Assembly (NCBI RefSeq): GCF_001194135.2
Contig: NC_068992.1
Span: 17,407,218-17,457,200, forward strand
Origin: Octopus bimaculoides
Taxonomy: Eukaryota
Length of the DNA: 49,983 nucleotides
Direction: 5' to 3'
Shown here piece after piece: positions 24,130 through 36,518 of this stretch. The notes below the pieces were generated by a model. It was given only the letters and a program-made list of their open reading frames with translations. It did no database searches and had not been told where the DNA came from. How positions within the stretch are numbered: the stretch's first letter is position 1; every line of letters starts with the position of its first letter. A program made the position numbers and the translations under genes.

Positions 24130-24879
24130 CCTACACTTTTCTCTGCAAAATAAGGATAGTTTATCCTGTTCAGGCTATATTAGCATTATTCTGCGATTGA
24201 GAATTTAAAATCACTTCTTTAATTAATTAATTAATTTAATTATTCACTTCAATCCTGCTTTCTTTTTGTCTCCTCTCATTCTCCAGCCCCTCCACCTCCC
24301 ACTTTTCTTTCCCCCCATTTGTGTCTCTCGTTGTTGTTATATTCCATAGTTGTGTATATGTTTGTGTCTATGTATCTATGTATGTATAAATATTTACCAG
24401 ATGCATTAGACTGACCGTGGTAGAGGCCATTACTTGATCATTTATAATCAGAGGTATCTATCATGTGGATTCCTATTCAAAGTTTTAATAGACTCATTTC
24501 ACCACTACTGCCTTTGTGCTCTCTCTATGACCAATACACACATTTCACTCTCAATAGTCCACCAAGCTGTGCACAGAGATTATATAAAAACGTGCTTTAT
24601 CATTTACTGTAAGCAGTAACAATCATTTTATTTTTCTAATTCAATTTTGATTTTGTAAAGCTTACCGTGCCGAGTTCAGCTCTTAACTATGGCAATTGCT
24701 TGCAGAGGGATCCTCTTAAATTTGTTATCACTCACCTGCATATGATGGCTGCATCTGATTTTAAAATGTCAAGTACTCGATATTATTTATTGCACTAGCA
24801 CAAGATAATCAAATATTGATTGCTTATTCACATCTATGTACAAATGCACAATTCTGTTGTTGTAATATATGGATGTGTG

Positions 24880-24932
<53 letters not shown>

Positions 24933-25391
24933 CTGTTTTTAATAATGTCCCTGGTGTATCATCGTTTTAGTGTTTACTTTCCCATGCTTGCATGGGTCAG
25001 AAGGAGTTTATTGAGGTAGATTTTCTATGGGTAGATGCCCTTCCTGTTTCCAACTCTAACCTGCTTCCAAGTAAGGTAATATTTTCCCATGGCCAGACAT
25101 GTTTTCACAGAATACTGGAAATGAATGAGATTCATTTGCAACTGTCACATGGTATCAAGACAAGGAGACATAAACATTCACAAACTAACACCTATGCACA
25201 CATCACGCAGGCACACACACAACCACGACGAATTTCTTTGAGTTTCTATCTACCAAAACCACTTACAAGGTTTTGATTGGCCCATGTCTATAGTAGTGGG
25301 ACCAAACCTGAAACCATGTGATTGAGAAGTAAACTTCTTAACCACACCTGTGCCTATGATGATATGTGTGTGTGTATATATGCGTGTATGC

Positions 25392-25437
<46 letters not shown>

Positions 25438-25639
25438 CATCCATATCATCATTTTATGCCTGCTTTCCATGCTGGCTTGTGTTGGCTAGACAGGTTGTCA
25501 CACAGACCATGTCAGTATTTATGTAAAGTTACTGCCCTCCTGGGGCCACATCTACCTTATTATATGTTATATCATTTGTTTGTTGGTTTTAATGTCTGTT
25601 CTTTTTTTCCATGCTAACATGGTTTGACAAATACACAGA

Positions 25640-25995
25640 GCTCTGGAAATATTGCACACCTGCAACAGGTGGGCTGAGGGCAATAACATGTTGTTTAATG
25701 CTGGAAAATTCCGAGCCCTGTACTACCAGCACACAAAGCTGAATGAAATGCAGGCAGGATATACTGGCCCAGGAGGGATTGCAATCCCTGAATCAAAATC
25801 GGTGTACAACCTGGGCATTGATATGAGTAATGATGCATCTTTCCAAGTGCATATTACTAAATTGGCAATAAAATGCAGACAGCCGGCTGAGTGGGTTCTC
25901 CGAACTTTCGGAATGAGAAAATAGGAAATTATGATGGTCTTCCGGAGGACATATCCTCAGCTGCTTAGATTACTGCTCCCACCTATGGTCACCAC
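25640..25995 (+). mobile_element. CR1/L2-type LINE RT C-terminal fragment; another at about 44665-44880(+)
   Basis: WAEGNNMLFNAGKF...NLGIDMSNDASFQVHI...EWVLRTF, and PHLEFASPVWYP...DIDLLETVQ. Confidence 0.75.
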
Positions 25996-26476
25996 ACAGT
26001 ATAAATTTTTCTGATCTGAAATTTTCAGCTAATCCAAACATTTGGACAAGTGTTTTTTTGATGAATTGGAGGACACCACTCTCCAAATTGAATAGCTGTA
26101 TTGCAGACTTAAGTCCTCTTCTATTGATTCTACACTATCTAGCTTAACAATTCTACATTCAAGAGGAACATAACTCTAATTCTCTTTTTTTTCTGTTTTC
26201 CTTTTTCCGTTTCTTTTCACGATTCCACTTTTTGAAATCCCCCCCCCCCTTCATCTTTTGTTGTATTGTCTCAATTTGTAACTTGTATAGGTCATATACC
26301 CAGAACCGTAAGATTACTTGGAGACATTAGACATGTTTTAAAACCTGCCTAGATAATATCTTCAGTGTGTGAAACTATTAGTAGCTCATAACTATATACT
26401 GTGTACATCAAACAATGTTTATTTCTTACCAGATGGAGTACTTTTTCTGTTAACCTTACCTTAACTGAAAAATAAG

Positions 26477-26508
<32 letters not shown>

Positions 26509-28203
26509 TCATCGTTTAACGTCCACTTTCCATGCTAGCATGTGTTGGACGATTTGACTGAGGACTGGTGAACCAGATGGCTACACCAGGCTCCAATCTG
26601 ATTTGGCAGAGTTTCTACAGCTGGATGCCCTTCCTAACGCGAACTACTCAGAGAGTGTAGTGGGTGCTTTTACGTGCCACCAGCACGAAGGCCAATCAGG
26701 AGGTACTGGCAACGGCCACGCTCGAAATGGTGTATTTTACGTGCCACCTGCACAGGAGCCAGTCCAGCGGTACTGGCAACGAACTCGCTCGAATGTCTTT
26801 TCACGTGCCAGGAAGGCGATGGTGGTAACTGTCAGGAGCTAATTGCATACTATATATGAGAATCGATCCACCTTTTATGGGTAGTGTATGCTTTAAGCTG
26901 ATTCTTTTTGTATCCCATTGTGAAAAGTAGATTGCTTGACATTATGGAATTCATCAGAAAGCAAATCACCATCATCCATGTATTCTATGCTACTGTGGGT
27001 TGGATGGGTTTGTAATGTAGCAAACTCTGCTGCCATGTTACAGCCCTGCATCATCTGTTGCGTGAATGTCAACATTTTCAAGTCTATCTTGAATAGTGGT
27101 GCCCCAGCATGGCCATGGTTCATTGGTTGGAACCTGTAAAGGAGTGATGCTTTATAATCCTGGCTCTTAGCTTCTTTTCTGCTGTGAGTTGTTTTGCTCA
27201 TTTAGCAGAAGTGTGCTCAAAGGGGTTCCGCCTGTGACAGTAGGGTTTTTCTTTGAGGGAAATCTGCTTATTTCTAGCAAATCGAATGACCACATAGACA
27301 ATTCCTCATCACTTCATTTGTGAATACTATCTCCAGGATCAACTGGTTTACATTGTTAACGCATTGACACAGATCTGTTTGGTTTTTCAAGCTGTTACTG
27401 AACAGAAAATTAATGAAATTATTTATCAATGATTTCACATCAATCAGCCTGTTGCTATAGAAATAGACTAGAATTTTTTTTTTTGTATTTATTCGTTCCA
27501 ACCGTTGGACTTCAGTCATACTAGGGCACTGCTTCGACAGGTTTAGTTGATGAAATCAACCCCAGCACTTATTCGTCCCGTTTTGCTGAACTGCTAAGTT
27601 ACAGGGACATGTACACACTTACACCAGTTTCTCATGTGGTGAAAGATAAACATAAACATGCGTACACTCACACACACACACACAATACTTTTCTGGGCTA
27701 TAGTAGGTGATACCTACCCAAAATGCTGCTCTGTATGATTGAACCTGAGACCATGTGGTTGCAAAGTAGACTTCTTAACCACACAGCCATGCATGCCATA
27801 CCTGATAACTGATGTGTATGTATATATGTTTCTTATAAGTTAATCAAATGGAGTCAAGCATAGCCCATGATCTTTGGAAGCCCTTTCCCACTAGTGACAT
27901 TGATGAGTTTAGTGACCAATGAAGGAGTGGTTGGCATGGGTGCCAGTCGTTGGATTTGGTTCGATTTCGATTTCAGATTTCAAATTTCAAATTCACTTTC
28001 CTCAACAAGTCTTCGCAAGCAGAGTTTAGTGTCCAATGAAGTAAAGATACGAATAAGTGAGCTGGCTACAATTCTGGCAAAGGCCACAGATTATGCTCTC
28101 ACTTGGCTTGCCGGGTCTGCTCACGTACTGCATATTTCCAAAGGTCCCGGTCACTAGTCATTGCCTCAGCGAGGCCTAAAGTTTGAAGGTCGTGCTTCAC
28201 CAC

Positions 28204-28244
<41 letters not shown>

Positions 28245-30139
28245 ATACATACACACAACTGGCTTTTTTAATTTCCATCTACTCATTCCACATATAAAGC
28301 ATTGGTCTGGCCAGGGCATTTGCCTGAGGCACCACATGTAGGACTGAACCTGGAAGCAAACTTATATATATATCTTCTTGTTATTGCATCAAAATTCTTA
28401 GATGTGGCATGTGGTATGAAGTGAATGCGTTCATACACTATTCATATTTGTTTCTGTATTATCATTGCTTTATGTTTGTCTTTTTGATGCTGGCACGAGT
28501 TGGATATGTGTGTGTGTGTGTGCGCGCGCGCTACAGCTCAGTGTTTCACTACATGTAAGGGCCTGTCAACATTTAACACCAAAAAACAGAAAACCCACCA
28601 GTCTTTCTTGTTATGTATGACCTGTTTGCTTGGCAATGAATAATTTTGTTTTATTGGTTGGGTGCCTTTCCTCTTATCCTATCCCTGACCACTTTACAGC
28701 ATAGCATGGACTTAGCATGTCCTATCACCAGTTGGAGAGAGGTTGTTTATCAGGACTAAATAATACCCCAGTTCTACTCTTTAGCAGATTTTATCCAGAA
28801 TTACCTTCCTCCTAGACATGTGTGCCTTCACTGTGTTGGCCATGTCTCCTCAGTTTGTGTGAAATATATTTATGTGTGTGTGTGTGTGTGTGTGTATTCT
28901 TTTATTCTTTTATTTGTTTCAGTCATTTGATTGCGGCCATGCTGGAGTACCGCCTTTAGTTGAGCAAATCGACACCAGGACTTATTCTTTGTAAGCCTAG
29001 TACATATTCTATTGGTCTCTTTTGCTGAACTGCTAAGTTACAGGGATGCAAACACACCAACATCAGTTGTCAAGTGATGGTGGGGTGGGGGACAAACACA
29101 CAAACATATACACACACATACATACACACACACGCATACACGTACACACATACGATGGGCTTCTTTCAGTTTCCATCTACCGAATCCACTCAGGGGTGTA
29201 TATTCAGGGTGTGCTAGGTGTGTGCTGCGCACCCATCGAAAATGGCAAATTCATTATAAATACTAACCTTAGAAATCTTAATGGAAAACTTTTGGTACAC
29301 CTCTGCTTGAAATTTGGTGGCATTGAGTGTGGCAGCAGGCTCAATGCAACAACCACCACACGGCACTGATATATATCATCTTCGTTACCAATTAATGTTT
29401 ACTTTTCCATGCTTGCATGGGTAAGGCAGAATTTGCTGCGGCACATTTTTGAAGATATGAGCACTTTAGTATGGGTGGTATCCAGCAGGTTTGGACTAAT
29501 TACAGTTTCCTAGAAATATGAACGGATGGTCACGTCTTCAGTGCTGAAGATCTGAGGTGGAAGATACGGCCATCATTCTTTGCCACAGACTGCAGTCACA
29601 CACTTTACCAGGTTCCTCCCCGTTCAGTCCTTAATGTTGTTGCTTCAAAATATAATTTAGGGTAAATAAAATTTCGTATTAATACCATTTAGAAAAATTC
29701 AGATATAGTGTAAATAAAATTTAGAGTAAATGGAAGAATTTCTTCCAGACTAATTATTTTTTATTTGTATGAGGTGTCTTATTTCATAAAGTGCTTAATT
29801 AATATATCTTAAGTTATGTCATGCTGATGATTTCAAAAAAGAATGAAATGGTGCTTTACATGATTCCCACTGTCTAGAAATTTTAAGAACAAATAACAAA
29901 ATAATAATAATATTAGATATGTGTATTCTATGCACCTTCTTCCTTGGTCTTTGATTTGAAATTCAAATTTCTCACCCCACCAGATATTGTGAAGAATTAT
30001 TTCCTTTGTAATAACTGCCTCCTAAGGAACAACATTGGTATAAATAAAATTTAGATAGAATGGAATTTGGTATTATGATAGTTTAGGTGAAATAGTTTTT
30101 TTCCATAATTTATATAGGCTTACATTGTTTTAAAGCAAT

Positions 30140-30570
30140 CAAAGTCATCATCAACACCACCACCACCACCGCCATCATCATCATTGTCATGATCATCCAA
30201 CAACACCATCATCGAATCATCATCATCAGCATCATCCTTCCATTTTCCATAAGGATATTTCTTAGATGGGCCTCCTCTAACAAAGTGCCATTCTGTCATA
30301 AGGCCCAAGACCCTAAGACCTTCACATTTCTTCCTTGGTTTTCTTCTCCTACCTCTTTCTTCCACTTGGATCTCATGACCCTTCTTCACCCTCAGCCATC
30401 TTTCATACACGTTGCATGGCCATACCAGTGCAGTTCTTCTTTCTGGCGCAATCCATGTGTGACTTCTCCAATATATATTTCTTTATCTCACCTCATTCAT
30501 ACTCTGTCAATCATGCATGCTGACATTGCAGGTTCAGCCATGCATGTTTATCTTATTTCTGTCCATCCTT
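30140..30570 (-). mobile_element. RTE LINE 3' fragment ending in a (GAT)n tail
   Basis: Degenerate VEE.GRRRKPRKK motif followed by (GAT)n on the minus strand. Confidence 0.65.
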
Positions 30571-30781
30571 TTGCACATCCTCTTCATTTAGTGTCTATCT
30601 TTTGCAACTATGTATGTTTTGCACTGGAAAATGTAACCAATATTACTACTTCCGTTCAAAAATTGTTAATAAAAACACACACACTTAAAATACACACACA
30701 CACACACTATCTATCAGTCTATCAATCTATCTGCTTATCCATCTATCTTTCTATCAATCTATCTTTCTATCTAATTATCTA

Positions 30782-30814
<33 letters not shown>

Positions 30815-32173
30815 CCTATATATATATATGTGTGTGTGTGGTTGTGTGTGTGTGTGAGTTCTTCACAGTTTGTGTGTACCAGTTCTGCTCACAAGGCACT
30901 CATCCAAGTGGCCTCGCTATATATATATATATATATATATAGGCACACACACACAAACACACACACACACACACATTCTGTTTTTACATCTGCTTTTTCA
31001 TGCTAGCTTTTGCATGCTAGACAAACATATTGTTGAGCCATTGTTTTACAGATGGACACTGCTTGTTGTGTCGCCAACCTTAGCCTGTTGAGGCATCTCA
31101 CTCTATACATCTCCAATCTTTTTAAAAATTAGCTGACAAAGGAAAAGACAATGTCACTGATTGTAATTTTCAGTGATCTTGGAGAAATGCATATGCAAAT
31201 GAATTAACAAAAACACTTGTATGTGTGTGTTGCACATGCATACACACACGTATGCTTCAGCTAAGAGTGAACTCATTGGCCTTTGTTTCCATTGCAAAGT
31301 TTCAGTACGATCTTCATCATTTGTTTCTCTATGTTTCCTTCTCTCCCTCTCAGAGACAGTTTTACGTACGGTACATATATACACACATATATATATATAA
31401 AGGCAGCGAGCTGGCAGAAACCTTAATGCGCCGGGTGAAATGCTTAGCGGTATTTCGTCTGCCGTTACGTTTTGAGTTCAAATTCTGCCTTTCATCCTTT
31501 CGGGGTCGATAAATTAAGTACCAATTACGAACTGGGGTCGATGTAATCGACTTAATCCCTTTGTCTGTCCTTGTTTAGCTCCTTGTGGGCAATAAAGATA
31601 TAAAATATCATCATCATCATCATCATCGTTTAACGTCCGCNNNNNNNNNNNNNNNNNNNNNNNNNNNNNNNNNNNNNNNNNNNNNNNNNNNNNNNNNNNN
31701 NNNNNNNNNNNNNNNNNNNNNNNNNNNNNNNNNNNNNNNNNNNNNNNNNNNNNNNNNNNNNNNNNNNNNNNNNNNNNNNNNNNNNNNNNNNNNNNNNNNN
31801 NNNNNNNNNNNNNNNNNNNNNNNNNNNNNNNNNNNNNNNNNNNNNNNNNNNNNNNNNNNNNNNNNNNNNNNNNNNNNNNNNNNNNNNNNNNNNNNNNNNN
31901 NNNNNNNNNNNNNNNNNNNNNNNNNNNNNNNNNNNNNNNNNNNNNNNNNNNNNNNNNNNNNNNNNNNNNNNNNNNNNNNNNNNNNNNNNNNNGCGCCGGG
32001 TGAAATGCTTAGCGGTATTTCGTCTGCCGTTACGTTTTGAGTTCAAATTCTGCCTTTCATCCTTTCGGGGTCGATAAATTAAGTACCAATTACGAACTGG
32101 GGTCGATGTAATCGACTTAATCCCTTTGTCTGTCCTTGTTTAGCTCCTTGTGGGCAATAAAGATATAAAATAT

Positions 32174-32208
<35 letters not shown>

Positions 32209-32552
32209 GTAAAGTTGTGGAATACCGTATGAGTGGAAATATATATGAAAGAAGGTTTGAAAATGCACTTATTTTTTTAAAATATTTATTTACTTAACCG
32301 GTTTCACTTTTTTAGAAAAAGATTATCAAAAGTCTTTGAGAATAATAAAAAATGTTTATAGACATTGCTCTAATATTAGTTTTATTATGTCAAGTCTGTG
32401 CCATTGTAGCTACAATGCTATTAAAGTTGGCAAGTCTACACTGTTATACTTGTAATTGTGGTTGTTTTTTTTTTATGTTGGTTTGCCATAACAAGTCAAT
32501 GTTGTAGTTGTGATGTAATTTTATATTGCCCTGCTCTAAAACAACTCAAATT

Positions 32553-32786
32553 CTTTAGCATTTAAACCGTCCACATCCGGCCCAAAATACTCCACTTGTT
32601 TTAATGTTCCTACTGGTCAGATCTAGGCTCTTACACCTACCCTATAATATCATTCTTAAAAAAAAAAAAAAAATCAACAATCACATCATTGAAATCTCAA
32701 AGCTACGAGATAATGCATGATTTAATTCGCAACAGCGTGAATAAATAAGCCTTATATTTAATAGAGTAAACCTGAATGCTAAAGGG
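32553..32786. mobile_element. piggyBac-like MITE family 2 (TIR CCCTTTAGCATT); related pieces near 3740-3860, 21095-21670, 38980-39070
   Basis: CTTTAGCATT...AATGCTAAAGGG ends, with internal sequence shared between copies. Confidence 0.55.
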
Positions 32787-33446
32787 CTAAGCTAGCCAAG
32801 TTGCGACATATGTCTTAACTGTTAGTTTGCTATGACGAGTCTATGCTGTTTGTAGCTGCAATGTTCTTTACTATTGGTTTTCTATGAGCAGTCTATGCTA
32901 TTGTTATTGTAGCTGTGATGTCTTCTATTTTATTACTCCAGCTGCCGTAACACATGGAAGGATTTAAAACTGTAAGTTNNNNNNNNNNNNNNNNNNNNNN
33001 NNNNNNNNNNNNNNNNNNNNNNNNNNNNNNNNNNNNNNNNNNNNNNNNNNNNNNNNNNNNNNNNNNNNNNNNNNNNNNNNNNNNNNNNNNNNNNNNNNNN
33101 NNNNNNNNNNNNNNNNNNNNNNNNNNNNNNNNNNNNNNNNNNNNNNNNNNNNNNNNNNNNNNNNNNNNNNNNNNNNNNNNNNNNNNNTCGGGGTCGATAA
33201 AATTAAGTACCAGTTAATTACTATTATTATTAAAGTAGCGAGCTGGCAGAATTGTTAGTGCATTGGATGAAGTGCTTAGCGATATTTCGCCCGTCACTAC
33301 ATTCTGAGTTCAAATTCCACCAAGGTCAACTTTGCCTTTCATCCTTTCGGGGTCGATAAATTAAGTACCAGTCAAGTACTGGGGTCAATGTAATTGACTA
33401 TCCTCCTCCCCACAAATTCCAGGCCTTGTGCCTTTAGTAGAAAGGC

Positions 33447-33481
<35 letters not shown>

Positions 33482-33976
33482 TATGCAGTGAGCTGGTAGA
33501 ATTGTTAGCACACTGGGCAAAATGCTTAGCGGCATTTTGTCCATCTTTGCATTCTGANNNNNNNNNNNNNNNNNNNNNNNNNNNNNNNNNNNNNNNNNNN
33601 NNNNNNNNNNNNNNNNNNNNNNNNNNNNNNNNNNNGGGGGTGATAAAATAAATACCAGGTGTTGAGTACTGGGGTCGATGTAATCATCTTATCTCCTTCC
33701 CCAGAATTGTTCACTTTGTGTCAAAATTTGAAACCATTATTATTATTATTATTATTATTAAGACAGCAAGCTGGCAGAAACATTAGCACACCAGGGGAAA
33801 TGCTTAGCGGCATTTCCTCCAACTTTATGTCCTGTGTTCAAATTCTACCTTGATCACCTTTGCCTTTCATCCTTTTGGGGGTCAATGAAATAAGTACCAG
33901 TTGAGAGCTGGGGGTCAGTGTAATCAGCTATTCCCCCTCCTGCTGAATTTCATGTCTTGTACCTACAGTAGAAAGG

Positions 33977-34011
<35 letters not shown>

Positions 34012-34342
34012 GTTAGCATGCTTATGCATAGTGATTGCTTCCAGCCTTTTACATATTGAGTTCAGATAATGCTGAGGTTGACTTGGCCATTCATCCCTCC
34101 AGGGTTGATAAAATAAAGTACCAATGAAGTACTGAGGTCGATATAATAACCCTGCTCCCTTCTCCCTAAAATTGCTTTGCATTATATCCTCTAGCTCTTT
34201 ACAGTCCGAGTTCAAATCCTTCCAAGGTCAGCTCTGCCATTCATCCCTCTGGGGTTGATAAAATAAAGTACCAGTGAAGTACTGTGGTTGATATAACATG
34301 CCTCCCTTAAAAAATTGCTGGCCTTGTTACTGGATCAGAAAC

Positions 34343-34373
<31 letters not shown>

Positions 34374-34673
34374 GGTAGTGAATTGGCGAAATTGTTAGAA
34401 CTTCAGACAAAATGCTTTACAGTATTTCTTCCAGCTCTTTACATTCTCCGTAGCAATCCTGCCAAGGTTAACTTAGCCTTTCAATCCTTCTGGAGTAGAT
34501 AAAATGAAGTAAGGATCAATGTAATCAACCAGCTACCTCCTCCAAAATTTCAGGCTTTGTGTGTATAGTAGAAAACATTATTCTTAAAATGGAGTAATTT
34601 TGGTGAAGCAGTGTGTGAAATTACTTAAAAAAGAGATTTGTTGTGTAAGACCAATACAAAAAAGTACAAAGTA

Positions 34674-34896
34674 AACTACAAAAGGAAGAGAAAGCAAAGC
34701 AAAACAAAGCTGCAGTCTTGTCTTATATTTCTATATTTCAGGGCTATAACCCTTTCTTCAGGACATTTAGAAAAGTCAATGTTCATCCCTTGCTTTTCCG
34801 AATGTCCTGAAGAAGAGGTTATAAGCCTGAAATATAGAAATATAAGATAAGACTACAACTCTGTTTTGTTGTCTTTCCCCTTTTCCTTTTGTAGTT
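34674..34896. repeat. Divergent inverted repeat (about 95-bp arms, 33-nt spacer); each arm holds a hammerhead-like core
   Basis: 34674-34767 versus 34801-34896 at about 85% identity by eye. CUGAAGA...GAAA at 34761->34736(-) and 34807-34832(+). Confidence 0.85.
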
Positions 34897-34959
34897 CCTT
34901 ATTGCACTGTTCTGGCCTTACGCAACAAATCTCTTTAAAGATTATTCTTCTTTAACACA

Positions 34960-35290
34960 ACAACTTCACTGGGGGATTATAACAAAAGTGTCAGCTGTCC
35001 ACACCCAAAGGAATGATGTAATACTCTTCATTCAGATTTTGAGAACTCTGCAGACAACTTGTTCAGTTTCTAGCAACATTGATCTCTGTAGACACTCTCA
35101 TCTTCACATTTACCCTTATCTTTTCAATCCAGTTTGTGAGCTTGGTACTTCTAGTACCCAAGGCTCTAATAACAACAGGTACCAACGCTCACTTTCTTCA
35201 ACAACCACAGTCTTTTTATTTCCCACTCATCATACCTGATCTGCTTCTCTTTTACTGTTCCCAATTCTGTCATAACATGCAATATCTATG
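34960..35290 (-). mobile_element. RLE-type (R4/Dong- or NeSL-like) non-LTR retrotransposon 3' fragment; another at about 36720-36868(-)
   Basis: Frameshifted KEKQIRY..WEIKRLWLLKKV.VPVVIRALG, and KWKLRRLWLMKRVDVIPTVIGAL. Confidence 0.75.
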
Positions 35291-36471
35291 AATAAACAGG
35301 GTTTTTTTTTAATATTTATATATCTATGACTATGTGGTTCAATATAGCCTCCCCCTCCCTTCTTTTAGGGAGGTTTAGCTACTATTTATACCAGATAGAG
35401 CAACATTATAGAAACTCCCTCAGCTTGTTTCCTATAATTACACAAGGATGATAGGTGGCAAAACCAGTAGAGTACTGGACAAAATATCTTGTGGCATTTT
35501 TGCATTCTGGGTTCAAATTCTAACAAGACTAGTCATTGTCATTCATCCTTCCTGGATCGATAAAAAAAAAAACTGGGGTAAATTCCATTGATTAGCTCTA
35601 TCCAGCCTCAAAATTTGTGATTTTGTGCCAATGTTACAAATCCATTTTTGTTAAGAAAGTGGAGATGGTGAAGCGCTGCTGAACAGAATCTTTTATGAGT
35701 TCTGTTCAGATTTTTAGTTCCTCTACAGCCGAAATTTAAATTCCACCAAAGCCAATTTTGTCTTCCATTTCTTCCTGAGTAGATTATTTTAAATACCAGT
35801 AGTGATTTTGAGATAAATTTAATTTACTAAAGCCTCTTGACTATACCCCACTCCATTCCTTGCTTCTCTTTGAATTTGTGGTCTGGCGTCAAAGTTAAAA
35901 ATCATTTACTATTGCATCTTTTTATTTTCATTTATTTTAATGTAGATTTTTTTCTTACATTTTGTTTTTCATTTCTTGTGCTTTTGTATCTTAAATTCCT
36001 TATATGTACTTATGCATATATTTATATATTTATATATATATATATATATATATATAATCAATTCTTTGTTTTGCACTTTATACATCACACATGGTTACTG
36101 CATCAAGATATTTTATGTCTTGTGAGATACTTTTAAACACACACAATATACACACATGTATGCATGCATACATATATATATATATATAGTTATGGTATAT
36201 TCTGTTAAGAATGTAGTTGAGTACAGTATAAAGCTTGTCCACCTTCAGATTTACCCTGTGCTATCCAACAGTAGTATTATATGTACTTCCAGGTTTGCGT
36301 TTGGGCATCTGTTGTGTGTGAATATATAATCATTGTAATCAGCTATTTAGTTGTCTCCTACAACATACGGGGGTATGGTGTACCTAATTTTAAACGGGCA
36401 CATGATCATAGTATATGTGTATACACACACACACACACTCACATATATGTAAAAAAAATATGCACATGCTC

Positions 36472-36518
<47 letters not shown>

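Noticed and set aside
26893-27519. Minus-strand ORFs of 102 and 81 aa in the MRG15 intron
   Set aside because: No recognisable motif, partly overlapping SINE tails, and length within chance expectation.
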